Counted from the first letter of the stretch, positions 29,104 to 41,352 are shown. The stretch: 64,000 nt of DNA from Styela clava (GCF_964204865.1 NC_135253.1:1426001-1490000), one strand, 5' to 3'. Notes: generated by a model not told the origin, from the letters alone. Numbers and translations are program-made.

Positions 29104-29475
29104 TTAATCTAATTCAGCTATTCCCAATTCCTCATCTGTCCATTCTTCTGCAACAGGAACCTTATGATGAGGGTATAACATGTCATAGTGGTAATAGAAA
29201 CTATACCAGAGAACAGTCCATACAAATGTCGCTATGACATCAAGCGCAAACATCATTATTGGGTCCTGGGCTGGTAGACATCTGTATGACCAGTGTTCGT
29301 TCCCAAATGGGGGACCAATTTCCGGGTGAAGATAATCAGTCTCAAATTCTTCTCCATCCTGGCGTAAGATGGCAAGTTTTCTTGGAGTTGTTACAAAAGA
29401 TCGTGCTGCAAGCTTCTTCACTCGCACCATACGAGAAACTGGACGAGCCAGTAACCTCGTTAACATTACATTCAT
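29104..29475 (-). CDS. NDUFB2: NADH:ubiquinone oxidoreductase subunit B2 (AGGG), single coding exon, about 123 aa
   Basis: Arg-rich mitochondrial presequence, YR motif, one TM helix (FVWTVLWYSFYYH) and diagnostic C-terminal WTDEELGI. First ATG at 29475, just after acceptor CTTAG (about 29487). Confidence 0.9.
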   Translation of the reverse strand: MNVMLTRLLARPVSRMVRVKKLAARSFVTTPRKLAILRQDGEEFETDYLHPEIGPPFGNEHWSYRCLPAQDPIMMFALDVIATFVWTVLWYSFYYHYDMLYPHHKVPVAEEWTDEELGIAELD

Positions 29476-29899
29476 TGTCACCACCCTAAGATGTGAGCAC
29501 AATGATTTAAAACTGAAACAAGAGTTATAAAATTCATTAATTTAAAGTTTCATAATAATATTGTTGCCCTATTCCATATCCCATAATCCTGCCATGCACA
29601 CATAATTTTATACCAACATGATTATGAATAAGTGTATTCCCTGGGCATTTACGAATACAATAGATGTATTGGATCAATAGTCACAATTGCAATATGCATG
29701 GTGTACAGATATTATTGTCATAGCAGTGTCAGAAACAAATAACTGGTCAACTGTTATTATGCCCGATATGAACTCGAAACCAGAGCGACAGACCGAGGCT
29801 TGTCATATGATTGAGCCATCTTATTGGCTTTCCTCTCCACATGCTGACATGAATGAATACCCTGTCCTAACCATCGATTCCTTCATGTACCGCAAAGTG

Positions 29900-30011
29900 A
29901 CTAGAAACCAAGTGAGGACATGCATTGGTAACGATATAATCGTGCGTGTGACGTCACACCAGCCATTTTGTGTCCAGAGTTCTATCGCTGTAAGCGATAA
30001 CTACGGTAAGT
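29900..30011. promoter_or_regulatory. Putative bidirectional promoter
   Basis: Perfect 14-bp palindrome GTGTGACGTCACAC (CRE core) at 29946-29959, ATTGG (CCAAT box) at about 29924, YY1-type GCCATTTT at 29962. Outward-facing donors: plus CG|GTAAGT after 30005 and minus GG|GTATTC at about 29860. Confidence 0.55.
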
Positions 30012-30386
30012 GATTTAAACCTGCGATCGTTAAACAGTTGAATAAAAAAAATCGACGCTTAATAATTTGGACCAAATTTTCGCAGCGGCAAATCGGATGA
30101 ACATTCTTCTGAAAAATTAATTTAAATTCCTCAGATATCTCGGCTCGGCGGCATGGCCATTGGTCAGCATATACGAAGTTAAGGTTAAAGTCATCCAACT
30201 TCACTCGATAAATCAATACAATACACACAATAAGACCAAAAATATTAAACAAAGAGATGCATATTTTACTATAAAAATCCTGATGTAAGTATCGCTAATT
30301 GTACAGAACTTATTTTAACAAACTGACGGAACTACACTACGGGAACTTGCAACTATTTGTTCAACAATGTGTACATTGTCAAAATA

Positions 30387-30892
30387 CCGTATTTTCCGGC
30401 GAATAAGTCTACCCGGCGAATAAGACGAGGCCTGCTTTTAAGCCTGAAAAAAATGGGTTTTTACATATAACCGGCCAATAAGTCGGGGTAGTAAAATTGC
30501 ATCAACATCGGGAATCTTAAATTACCTTGCAATGCCTTTTGAGCGGTCGCCGCGTTTGCGCACTGGTTAAAATAGCCTATAATAACTTTTCTTGTAGCTT
30601 AATATTCGATCCATATACGGTATGTTAATTCAAATATGATAATCACAGCTTTACAATTCCAGATTCACAGCGCGAAAATGTCGATTTATTTAAACTGACC
30701 AGATGAGGACGTGGGGGATGCTATCGCCGAAGGTATTCTATTGTCCGGATTCAATAATGGGGCGACACCAAAAAAATGAAAATGATCATACTCGCCCAAT
30801 AAGACGACCCCCCCTCCCCCCCCCCCCCAAAAAAAAAAAATCAGGCCAAAAATTTGGGTCTAGAAAAGCGACTTATTCGCCGGAAAATACGG
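30387..30892. mobile_element. Tc1/mariner (pogo/Tigger-like) MITE
   Basis: Perfect 23-bp TIR CCGTATTTTCCGGCGAATAAGTC / GACTTATTCGCCGGAAAATACGG, TA on both flanks, internal copies of the AATAAG motif. Confidence 0.9.
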
Positions 30893-33569
30893 TATATTAA
30901 AAAAATATTCTACATGCACGAAATGAAGGATATCGGCTTATATCAGGGTTAAAAGAAAAGAAAGAATTTATTTATTTCGTCAAACCAGAAAACATAATAA
31001 TGATACAATAACAAATAAATTATAAAACAATACGTAATGCAGTTTTCGCTAAAAAAAAATAAAATAAATCTCTCTTCGGTATATGACTGGGTGATAACGA
31101 TACGGCCATATACGGTCGCATATGCATTTCTTATGGTATTTGACTGAAATTAATAATTTTCACACATATTCTAATGTTAATTCATTTCTTATCAATTGCG
31201 GGGCGCTGTCAAATCCCAACCCAACAAACCACCTTAATTATGGATGTTTTTCAATTCGGATAAGTCGTAGATAAACAATAAGGCCAATGTATCATTTGGA
31301 AACGATGTATCGCGGCCACGTAACATGATCACCTCTCCATTTACATGTATTTAGTATTTTATTACCTATCTCTATCCTTTGCGCGATCACAATATCATTG
31401 CGTGACATGGCTCTGTAGTACCCGCGATATATATTCATATATAACTAGAGTGCGATTCATTGTCGTTTTGCGGGATCATCTGGATATCCCATTTTGACTT
31501 CGGTAAATGAACAAAATCGGTGAACGATTAGAAGCCAAGTTTTCGTAACGACGCAAAGTACAATTAGGCATTGACGTTCAGGCGACGTTGTTCTGCAGAA
31601 CGTTGTAAATTACGCAATCGCGAATTTTGTCGTTCACAGCTGCAGTTCCAATTATATCAGTATCGTAGCATCGGCCGCGGTTTAAATAATACCTGCTTTA
31701 AACGTATGCTTTAGGTTTATGATGTTTCACACTTACCAGGGTAAGTGATAAGTGTTTTTCGTAAGGAACGCAGAGCTGCTACGTTGCAACACTTTGGTCG
31801 CAACGTAATTGCGAAAGATCGCTGCGTAACGAAGTAATTAATTTTACTCGGGTAATGGTTAAAGTGATTTCACTGAAATTCCAATCCCTAGATATCACCA
31901 ATTGTTGTTTGAATGTCTAGTCGAAGTGAATTTAATTCAGACTTATTTGAGTCGGAGAATTGTTTTTATTGATAAAGTTAGAAACAAACACAAAACAGAT
32001 TTCAACACTTTCTGTTCTCTTTCGTGCAATAAATACATAACGTAGTAGTAATACGTGACGTAATAATACCGTGTTAATGAGTGGATACTAATGTCTAATT
32101 ACAATGCAGGGCCTGATGGCCGATTCTTGAAACTTACAAGTTACACAAGAAAACGTTAAATCCAAAGGTAAATATTGAATGCTCAGTCATTCAATAGACA
32201 CAAAGCCCTCAAGTTAAAGAGTTTTTTTCTACAAAGTTTCAGGCATTAGGTCGCATAATATGTAAAATAGCATTAGTGCTATTTTGCATCGTCATCACGC
32301 CATTTACAGATGTGTTCCGCCTGTTCGATTCATCAGCTCATGCGATAGCTACATTCAAAAGTAGTATGCTGTCAATATGTACTCATCTAATCTGTGTTAT
32401 GAGAGCTAAAGGAATTAGCCCAAGTTGAAACCAGGCGTGACAAGCGTTCGTTACAAATAATTTACGGTGTATTTACAATTTGACCATGTTTGATATATTA
32501 ATCTCTCATAACCATTATACATTTCATCGAAAAACCAGATGTGATGGCGTCAATCATCTCAACAATATTTTTCCATTATTTACGGTTAATATATATATAT
32601 ATATGCACGTTGGCCATGTTAGATAAGTTGATAGTTCAATGCAGGGGTGTGCAACTTTTTTATAGGCGGGCCAAGTACAGGTAACTGGGTGATTGGGTGA
32701 AGCCACGGGCCGCACTTAGAAACTCTACCTATACGAAAGTCTCTGGATACGAAAAATTTGTAGTTTTTATTCGGTATTTCTCTGTTCTTTTTTCTTACCA
32801 TGTGTATCTTGAAGAATTTTCTACTTGCGAGTGGGTTTCCGTAACTTGAACTAAATGAATTTGTCCCAAGCCCCTTCGTTAGCAGAAAATTCCGTGATTA
32901 TGGGCGCTCTTTACCTGAAAATGAATTAATCCGTTCCAAGACCCCACAAAACTCGGACATAATATTTGACTGGGTTAATTACTTCACGCTGAACTACTGA
33001 TTTAGGAATACGCTCTTCAGGCGTTCCCATGCGCTTAAATTGGTTTACAGTCACATATCGTTGTTTGATAATCATTTGGCTTTGCATGAAATATGTACTA
33101 AATCATCCGTAATTCTAGCATGGTACATTCTATGTGGAAAACGTTCTTTCCAGGTATAAAATTCTACTTTTGTCCGTTACAGCATGGCGGATACATGCCA
33201 CATAACTTAATTATAGGAGGATCATAATTAGGGCCCGACCGATACTGCCTTTTTGAACCGATACCGATACTGCTAGTTTTCCAAAACTAGGCCGATAAGC
33301 CGATAACGATGTTTCTTCACATAAAAAAATTGCTACAAGTAACAAACAACACTCTGAGAATTCTGTGTTTTTCTTGCAAAAGAAATAAATGTTGAAACTC
33401 ATGCAATGATTATAAAAAAATGCAAATTTGTGCATCACTAAGTTTTTTTAAGAATAGCGATTTTCAACGCCTTAGCTATATTAGAAACAAACAGTGTAAA
33501 GCCACAGTGCTGAAGAAAATTGTGTGCATGGTGAAAAAGAAAGAACACTTATGTAAGTTTATGGAATCT

Positions 33570-33972
33570 CAATAGCTCCAGTTTAACAGTCTCAAGTTAT
33601 AGTTGAGAAAGCAGAGTTTTTCTGCATTGGCTCCAAGCAATGAACATCTGTTATCTGTTATCCAGCGGTGCTGAATACTCTTTCACTGGGAACAGATGTT
33701 GGTGGTGCCGAAAGGTATTTTCTGGCCAATATAGCTAAGATAGGAAATCGACAAGCATTGTCATGCCACCATTTGCATACATCCGTTTTCTTTCTGTCAG
33801 CCACTGGCTCCAGCATATATTGATGGAGCTGACTACTGCCTGTACCAGATGATGGTCTTTCATGATGCAAAATCGAGTCAAACATAGTATCAAGCGAGCT
33901 TGAACCTGGCTGTGTCACTTCAGGCTCTGCAGTAAGTATAGACGCTGCTAAAGCATTTGACTCTTCCTCCAT
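33570..33972 (-). pseudogene. hAT transposase C-terminal dimerisation-domain fragment (ZBED-like), frameshifted
   Basis: [39 protein letters not shown], continuing in another frame as DNRCSLLGANAEKLCFLNYNL. Confidence 0.9.
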
Positions 33973-34034
33973 CGCGCCGTGTAAACTACGCGAAAATTCT
34001 CTATCTAGCGTATATTATTTGACACAAATAAGCC

Positions 34035-34867
34035 TATTACGGCCGCTGTTCACGATGCTACGAATCTAACAGTCTATTTAACCCTTTTGTCGCAGACTCG
34101 CAGTCGTATGTTCCGCCGTGTAGGTATAACCGTCGTTTAACTCACTGCTGCACTCACTGAAACCTGGAAACCCCAAGAAACTGTCCAACACAATGTTTTG
34201 ATGTTACTTCCAAATCGTGTTCAAAAATGACCAAATGAAATAACTTAGATGTTATGAAGCGTTCCAAAATAGTGTCTCAGCGGACTGATGAAATGTTCCA
34301 ATATAAAGTCTCAATGAATTGAAGAAGTGTGTAAACTGCAATTAAAATAAGAGTAAAACTTATAAGCAAAACACAACAGTGATGATCTAAAAAATACCAG
34401 AGACATTGGCAAAATACAGTATAGGCTACCGGTACTTGATCACACGATAAAGAAGGCATGAATAACTTATGAATAAAGAGCAGACAATAACTTGTCCACA
34501 CAGTGTTTTACTTATTCTATACTAATATGAATTTGGAATGAAAATCATATATTAAGCAAGTAGGAACACTCAGCAAATGAATTCCTAAATACAGAAATAT
34601 CTTCACATAAAATATGACTTACCGATTTTTTCGGCTAATAATATCACAAACAAGCAGGTACTTCAATATTTAACATTTAAACAATCTTAACTGTATGGAA
34701 AAAGAATAATATATTAGACCAAATCAGAGAAGCACAAACCCTGTCAGCCTGTTCAACAAAATCCTGAAAATGGCGCAACCACGAGACAAACTTGCGCAAC
34801 AATCTAAAGTACCACAATGAGGCGACAAAGGGCAATAAATAAAATGACGGCTGAGCCATCATTTACA
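34035..34867 (-). repeat. 3' LTR of BEL/Pao element
   Basis: Direct repeat of 41484-42316 with no difference seen by eye. Sense strand starts TGTAAATG and ends CGTAATA. Confidence 0.96.
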
Positions 34868-34923
34868 TGGCTCCCCTAGAAATGCTATTTCTATACTAAA
34901 ATAAAATTACAATTTCACAATGT

Positions 34924-37900
34924 CTATTTCTGGCTCCCTCGTCGGGAATCTTCTCCCGTATCTCCACTCTCCAAGAAAAGAATCAACTTTTGGATTGGAC
35001 GATCAAGAAAGAGAACATCCTTTATACGCTTTCCTCTCTCATCGAGTGTTGAATCTCCTATGTGAACTCGAACTCTTCGAACATGACCATCTGCATCGGG
35101 ATAGACATCAACAATTCTTGCCATCTTCCACTGATTTCTTGGTGTATTTTCGTCAACGACTATGACAATATCACCAATTTTGAGGTCACGTTGAACTTTG
35201 TTCCACTTTTGACGAACTTGGAGTGATTGTAAATATTCTTTACGAAATCGAATCCAAAATTCATTGGCTAAATGCTGTACTCTCCTCCATCTTTTACGCG
35301 AGTACAAATCTTCCCTTCCAAATACACCTGGTGGTGGTAATACAAGTCTTGTCTTCGCAGTCAACAAATGATTAGGCGTCAGAGGCAGTGGTGAATCAGG
35401 ACATGACAAATTATCCACAACTAGAGGACGTCCATTGACAACTGCTTCAGCCTCTGCCATCAGAGTGCGAAGAGAATCCTCATCTAGTTGCCTTCCATTC
35501 TTTTCCAGGATGGATGAAAGAACTGCTCTAATACTACGAATTTGACGTTCCCAAACACCTCCCTGATAACTTGCAGCGCTGACATTGAACTTGAATGGGA
35601 AATAATCACAATTTTCTCTAAGTAAAACTTCTTGAATTTTTGAATGATTCATTGCCTGTAGACCCTCTTTTAATTCTCTTGATGCTCCAACCATGTTGGT
35701 TCCACGGTCACATCTCAGTTGTCTGATTGGCCCATTTCTGCAAATAAATCTTCTTAGAGCATTTATAAAGCTGTCGGTTTCTAAACTTGGGGCGATTTCA
35801 ACACGAACAGCACGCGATGCCATACATGTAAATAAAACTCCATATCTCTTGAGTTCTTTTCTCCTTTCTTTGATAATGAAGGGGCCAAATAAATCTGTAG
35901 CACAAAATGAAAAACATGGACTATCATCCATTCTGTCTTTTGGTAAATCAGCCATTTTCTGTTCTTGAAATGTTCCTCTAAGTCTCCTACATTTTGTGCA
36001 GTGATGTATGAAACTTGAGACAGCAGCAATGCCAGAAACTATCCAAAATCCAGCAGATCTTATTTCATTGAGTGTAATTCCACGTCCTTGATGTTTCACG
36101 ACTTCATGATAATGCTTGATTATCAGAGTTGTAATATGATGAGACTTGGGCAATATGACAGGATGCTTCAATTCTTCAGGCAAACTTGAATCTTTCAATC
36201 TTCCCCCAATTCTCAACAATCCATCAGATCTTATACATGGATCAAGCTTGAATAATGATGAAGATTTCTTTACAGTATCGAATTTCTTAGGTTTGTTCAA
36301 TATTTCGATTTCATCTGGATACACTTGACACTGCATAAGTTTTAAAATTATCTTCTTAGCATCTTCCATCTCTTGTACAGTTATTGAATCAAAAGATGAA
36401 GTCAAATTCTTGTTTCTACGATTTTGAAGAATTTTCAGCCATCGGCATAAAATGACAACAAATCTCTGAGCTTTGTATAAACTTGAAAACATTGACAATC
36501 TCTCCAAAAGACTTGGGAAGGATTGCTCTTTTACTTCAGTCAAAAATGTCACAGAATTACGTATTTCTGGATCCGAAGCATCAAGCTCTTCGAATTCATG
36601 TGAAAACTCTTTTTCCACTGTAAGTGGTTTCCACAGAAAATCAGGTCCCTTTAGATATCGATCATGTTTGGTCAGTAGATCTTTTGGACACAAACCTCTT
36701 GAGGCATCATCAGCTGGGTTGTTCTTTGTATCCACATAAAACCATTGATTTGGCTCACTATGATCACGAATCTCTTGAACACGGTTTGCCACATATATGT
36801 AAAATCGACGAGAATCATTTGAAACATAACCAAGAACAACTTTACTGTCTGTCCAATATGTTTCCTTGATGTTGACAAATTTCAATTCTTGTCTCAACAT
36901 GACTCCAACCCGAACAGATACAAGTGCCGCAGTCAATTCCAATCGAGGTATCGTGATAGGTTTCAATGGTGCTACTCTAGACTTTCCCATCACGAATGAA
37001 CAATGAATTTGATTTTTCTGATTGGTCAGTCTTAAATAGGTGCACTGGCCATATCCACGAGTCGAGGCATCACTAAAGTGATGTAATTCAGTTTCCTTGA
37101 TTTCACCAAAATTACTTGGCTTGAAACATCGTCGAATTTTTAATTCGGCAAGATGATGAAGATCATTTTTCCATCGCTCCCATCTTGGTCTCAAATTATC
37201 TGGAACGGGTTCATCCCATTTGCACTTATCACGACACAACTCCTGAAGAATGCGTTTTCCTTCTAAGACAACAGGAGCAATAAATCCGAACGGATCATAG
37301 ATTGAACATACTGTTGACAGAATTCCACGTCTTGTGAAAGGACGATCTTTCAAAGTAATACGAAAAGTGAAACTGTCATCCACAATACACCATTGAACAC
37401 CCAGTGCTCTTTCAACTGGTATTGGGTTACTTCCAAGATCTAAATTCTTGAACTTTGTCGAGCGATCATTCTCATCAACAGCTTGTAAAACTTCATTATT
37501 ATTAGACACAAATTTTGTCAAATTGAAGCCACCTTTAGCACACATTTTCTTACTTGCTTTGATCAACGATGTTGCTTCTTCAACACTATCAACTGACTTT
37601 AAACCATCATCAACGTAGAAATTCTTTCTCAAGAATTGAGCTGCTTCTTCACCAAATTCCTTTTCATAGTCATCTGCAGTCTTTTTGAGGACAAAATTAC
37701 AGCACGATGGACTCGACGTAGAACCAAACACCATGACTCGCATCCTGTAACAACTAGGTTTTTTCGTGCAATCTCCATTGTCCCACCACAGAAATCTGAC
37801 AAAATCTCTGTCTTCTTCGTTAATTCGAACTTGATAAAACATTGATTCGATGTCTGCCATGAACGCAATTTCCTTTTCACGAAATCGAGCAAGTACTGAT

Positions 37901-40900
37901 ATCAGTGAGTTGGTAAGATCTGGTCCTTGTAGCAAATGCCCATTTAAACTTTGACCTTCAAATTCAGAACTGCAATTAAATACAACTCTGATCTTGTTTG
38001 GCTTACAAGGATGAAACACTCCATGATGTGGAATATACCATACATATCCATGATTACCATTGTCACCATCGGATAATCTCTCAGCATATCCCTTTTCAAT
38101 TGCATCTTTCATGAATGCACAGTAAAGCTCTTTAAACCTTTCATCTTTCTCAAAACGCTTCTTAATTCCTTGTAAGCATCTGAGAGCTAATTGCTTGTTG
38201 TTTGAAAGCTTCACTTCTTTGTTTCGAAAAGGGAGAGACATCTCATAATGACCATCCTGTGTCCTGTGAATACTTGATTGACACTTCTGCAAAAATCTAC
38301 GATCTTCGATAGAAATAGGTTTGTTCGATGTACCATCAATTTCTTGCTTTTTGATATTATTCTTGTGCATGCATTCAATGAAATCTTGTTCGAAACTTCT
38401 CAAAATCATGCAAGGGTTAATGACTTCTTTAACTTGATTTATAGGTACAAATTGAGGAGAAATGATGTCAGGTGCATACAGGTCATGTGATATCACTTTG
38501 TTACAAGTTTTGGTAGCATATCCACCAACACATACTGCATCAATCATTCCAACAACTCCCCATCCTAATGCTGTTTTGATAGCATAACTTTCTGTGTCGG
38601 CATCTGATATAATTTGCAACGGACGCAATGCTTGCATACAATCAGTGCCAATGAGTATACCAATATCAATATTAGGATCATAGTCCGGGATTTCATCTAG
38701 AATATCTTGGAACTTTGTATACTTGTTCAGAACCCTCTTGTCTATAATTTGATTACGATTTACTGGGATGGAATCTCTTGTGTAACATGGAGGCAAATTT
38801 ATCTTGTGGCCATTACAACCTAAAATTTGCAAGCCCATAATCTTGTATGAATCCACCACAGTCGAACTGGTCATAGTAGAAAGGTTCAATCTCACCTTAA
38901 ATCCATTTGATTCCAAGCTTCGTCTGACATCATCCGAAATGAATGTGGTATCAGATTGTTCATCTAAAATTGCATAAACTTTTAATTTCTTGCTTGGTCG
39001 ATCAGCACAAAGTATTTGTATTGGTACAATCCTTGTAGTTCGAATAACTTCTCGAGCTTCTGATGCATGACAGATTATACTTTTCTTACAATCAGCATTC
39101 GTTAAACTATTTTCTTCATTTGAATCTATCTTCGTCTTGACCTTGCGAACGAATTCTTCTGAATGTATGGCAGTAGGGTGACCTTTACCACAAGTTTTGC
39201 AAGTCTTTCTTTTGGTGCATCCTTTCGAACGATGACCTTTTCTTAGACATGCAAAACATATGCCATTTGACTTGATAAATTCGATTCGGTCATTGTAAGA
39301 TTTCTTGAGAAAAGCTGTACAATCATTCAGATCATGTGATCCTTTACAACACACACACGAATCTGAGAAATGGGTAGTTTTCGACTTAGCTGTTTGTCGA
39401 GAACTGTGAACTTCTTCGCTTGCATCAATAGAGTACGAGTGAGAACCTCTATTATAAGTCCTTCTTCTAACGGGTACATTTGCAGCTTTCTTATTGTTAG
39501 CCACAAGTTCATCAAGTACTCCAGTTCCATACAGAGGAAGTGTAGTTACTTTAGATATTTTCTTGACATGATCACAGAATTCAGAAAATGGTGGAAAGCT
39601 TCCATGTTTTCTGTGATATTCACATGCATTTGACGACCATCTATCTCTTGCCGACTTTGGCAATTTCAAAACAAGAACTTGGATTAAGTCTTCATCATCC
39701 AATTTCTTCAGTAACGTAGAATTTTTTACCAATAGCTTACAACTAGTAAGAAAATGACAAAACTCACGCATTCCTTTTCCGCCATCATTCATAGGTATGA
39801 TAGGCCATTGCTTCAGTCTTTGCTTGTAAGCTCTGGATATTGTAGCCGAGTCGCCATACCACTCCATTAGTGTCGCTTTTGCTTCATTATATGCGTTTTC
39901 ATCATCTATGCCCATGAAACCTTCAATAGCCATTCTTGCATCTCCAGTCGTATACTTCAAAAGATAACGAAGACGCCTGTTAGGGTTTCGAACATTTCTT
40001 TCAATAAGATCTTCAAAATCTCCAAGCCATATAGGAAATTTCAATAAATCACCATCAAAAACTTCTGGTTCTTCATTTGGCAATGAAGCCCTTTGTTGAA
40101 TATCAACAACTGTTTCAACTAGTCTTTTAATTTCTGAACTACTAGCGCCATCTGCCGATGGGTTTTGTGGTGCAGTAGACAAATTCAATGGATTTGAAAC
40201 TTCGTTTTCAGCAGTGTTCGAATAAGCAGGATTTGCATTCATATGATTTGTAACAAATGGTACAGCTGTATTTTCAGGTGCCGGTACCAAATTTTCATTC
40301 GTTAAAGCAGTTTGTTCAGCAGTATGGAATTGACGCGGACTTACTACAAAAGGTTCGTTCGGTGCAAAATGTGTCACATCACGTCTACTAAAGCTATCAT
40401 TTTCACAATCAATTTGAGCAAAAATATTCTCTTCTGCTTCTGCTTTTGCAATTTCCTTTTGCAGATTCATTCTTCTCTTGTCAGCTTGTAATTGTATTTC
40501 AGCTTGTTGTACGTTTGCTTGAAGCCTTACAGCTTCAGCTTTGAGTTTTGCTTCTGTTTGTGCTAGTTCTGACTTCAATTTTGCATCTGCTTGTGCTAAT
40601 TCTGATTTCAATTTTGCATCTGCTTGTGCTAATTCTGATTTCAATTTTGCCTCCTCTTGTGCAATTTTTACTTCAGTTTCAGCAAAACTAGCTTCTGCTT
40701 GTAATGAGGCTTTCTTGGCAGCTATTTCAGCCAGCCTAAACGCCACAGATGAACTCGATGATGAAGAACAAGATCTATGAGAATATCTTGAAAGACTGGT
40801 ATGTACAGAACTGACATCTTTATCAGTCTCGATGCTTCTAATTTCTTCAATCGCTTTAGCACGAAATTCTTCAAACAAATGTTGAGCATTTATGAAAATA

Positions 40901-41238
40901 TCATTTTCTTCATTAATAGCATTGGCATCAACTAACAATGCTACATACTCCTTATGTGCTGTACGATAGCCATGAAAACATAATTCGAAGGTTTTCAAAT
41001 CGTCTTTTATAGTACGCAATGAGACACCATCATCAATACTTTTCAGGAGCTTCATTCTTATTTTTGAAAACAATTCAAATTTCGACTTACACCTTTCCAG
41101 AAGCATTTTAACTTGATATTCTTGTCCTTTTTCTGTAAGTGTTCTGCTACGTTCAGACCTTCTGGGATTTTCTCTCATATCATTACCAGAATTAGAGTCC
41201 ACGTCATAACTTGCATTTATAGATCTTGCTGTAGCCAT
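34924..41238 (-). CDS. BEL/Pao gag-pol polyprotein, 2104 aa (coiled-coil gag, three Cys/His knuckles, protease, RT, RNase H, integrase)
   Basis: PEVFDGD gag motif; CVCCKGSHDLNDC, CFACLRKGHRSKGC, CKTCGKGHPTAIH; protease YAILDEQSDTTFI; RT YIPHH...IRVVFN, ADIESMFYQV, FYVDD; RNase H HHFSDAS, TIPRLEL; integrase HHCC, TDLFGP, CDRGTN, GGVWER. Domain order PR-RT-RH-IN; no env. Confidence 0.97.
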   Translation of the reverse strand: MATARSINASYDVDSNSGNDMRENPRRSERSRTLTEKGQEYQVKMLLERCKSKFELFSKIRMKLLKSIDDGVSLRTIKDDLKTFELCFHGYRTAHKEYVALLVDANAINEENDIFINAQHLFEEFRAKAIEEIRSIETDKDVSSVHTSLSRYSHRSCSSSSSSSVAFRLAEIAAKKASLQAEASFAETEVKIAQEEAKLKSELAQADAKLKSELAQADAKLKSELAQTEAKLKAEAVRLQANVQQAEIQLQADKRRMNLQKEIAKAEAEENIFAQIDCENDSFSRRDVTHFAPNEPFVVSPRQFHTAEQTALTNENLVPAPENTAVPFVTNHMNANPAYSNTAENEVSNPLNLSTAPQNPSADGASSSEIKRLVETVVDIQQRASLPNEEPEVFDGDLLKFPIWLGDFEDLIERNVRNPNRRLRYLLKYTTGDARMAIEGFMGIDDENAYNEAKATLMEWYGDSATISRAYKQRLKQWPIIPMNDGGKGMREFCHFLTSCKLLVKNSTLLKKLDDEDLIQVLVLKLPKSARDRWSSNACEYHRKHGSFPPFSEFCDHVKKISKVTTLPLYGTGVLDELVANNKKAANVPVRRRTYNRGSHSYSIDASEEVHSSRQTAKSKTTHFSDSCVCCKGSHDLNDCTAFLKKSYNDRIEFIKSNGICFACLRKGHRSKGCTKRKTCKTCGKGHPTAIHSEEFVRKVKTKIDSNEENSLTNADCKKSIICHASEAREVIRTTRIVPIQILCADRPSKKLKVYAILDEQSDTTFISDDVRRSLESNGFKVRLNLSTMTSSTVVDSYKIMGLQILGCNGHKINLPPCYTRDSIPVNRNQIIDKRVLNKYTKFQDILDEIPDYDPNIDIGILIGTDCMQALRPLQIISDADTESYAIKTALGWGVVGMIDAVCVGGYATKTCNKVISHDLYAPDIISPQFVPINQVKEVINPCMILRSFEQDFIECMHKNNIKKQEIDGTSNKPISIEDRRFLQKCQSSIHRTQDGHYEMSLPFRNKEVKLSNNKQLALRCLQGIKKRFEKDERFKELYCAFMKDAIEKGYAERLSDGDNGNHGYVWYIPHHGVFHPCKPNKIRVVFNCSSEFEGQSLNGHLLQGPDLTNSLISVLARFREKEIAFMADIESMFYQVRINEEDRDFVRFLWWDNGDCTKKPSCYRMRVMVFGSTSSPSCCNFVLKKTADDYEKEFGEEAAQFLRKNFYVDDGLKSVDSVEEATSLIKASKKMCAKGGFNLTKFVSNNNEVLQAVDENDRSTKFKNLDLGSNPIPVERALGVQWCIVDDSFTFRITLKDRPFTRRGILSTVCSIYDPFGFIAPVVLEGKRILQELCRDKCKWDEPVPDNLRPRWERWKNDLHHLAELKIRRCFKPSNFGEIKETELHHFSDASTRGYGQCTYLRLTNQKNQIHCSFVMGKSRVAPLKPITIPRLELTAALVSVRVGVMLRQELKFVNIKETYWTDSKVVLGYVSNDSRRFYIYVANRVQEIRDHSEPNQWFYVDTKNNPADDASRGLCPKDLLTKHDRYLKGPDFLWKPLTVEKEFSHEFEELDASDPEIRNSVTFLTEVKEQSFPSLLERLSMFSSLYKAQRFVVILCRWLKILQNRRNKNLTSSFDSITVQEMEDAKKIILKLMQCQVYPDEIEILNKPKKFDTVKKSSSLFKLDPCIRSDGLLRIGGRLKDSSLPEELKHPVILPKSHHITTLIIKHYHEVVKHQGRGITLNEIRSAGFWIVSGIAAVSSFIHHCTKCRRLRGTFQEQKMADLPKDRMDDSPCFSFCATDLFGPFIIKERRKELKRYGVLFTCMASRAVRVEIAPSLETDSFINALRRFICRNGPIRQLRCDRGTNMVGASRELKEGLQAMNHSKIQEVLLRENCDYFPFKFNVSAASYQGGVWERQIRSIRAVLSSILEKNGRQLDEDSLRTLMAEAEAVVNGRPLVVDNLSCPDSPLPLTPNHLLTAKTRLVLPPPGVFGREDLYSRKRWRRVQHLANEFWIRFRKEYLQSLQVRQKWNKVQRDLKIGDIVIVVDENTPRNQWKMARIVDVYPDADGHVRRVRVHIGDSTLDERGKRIKDVLFLDRPIQKLILFLESGDTGEDSRRGSQK

Positions 41239-41352
41239 GATTTATAATGTATATTCCCTTATAAATATCTTGTATTCACTGATACTGTGATAGGGTGAAG
41301 TTTCGCAAAATTACAATAACATGTTTATTGATCATCAATATTCTGATATTGT

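Noticed and set aside
29801-29850. Possible C/D-box snoRNA (TGTCA..ATGATTG..CTGACA)
   Set aside because: The C box is imperfect, it is only about 50 nt long, and it is antisense to the host intron.
34277-34862. Short duplicated ORFs in the LTRs (74 aa and 61 aa, also at 41726 and 42126)
   Set aside because: They are duplicated only because the LTR is; AT-rich, with no recognisable domain.
35693-40780. Antisense and alternate-frame ORFs within BEL gag-pol (also 55001-55594 within LRRC40 and 29259-29489 within NDUFB2)
   Set aside because: Shadow ORFs of long real coding sequences.
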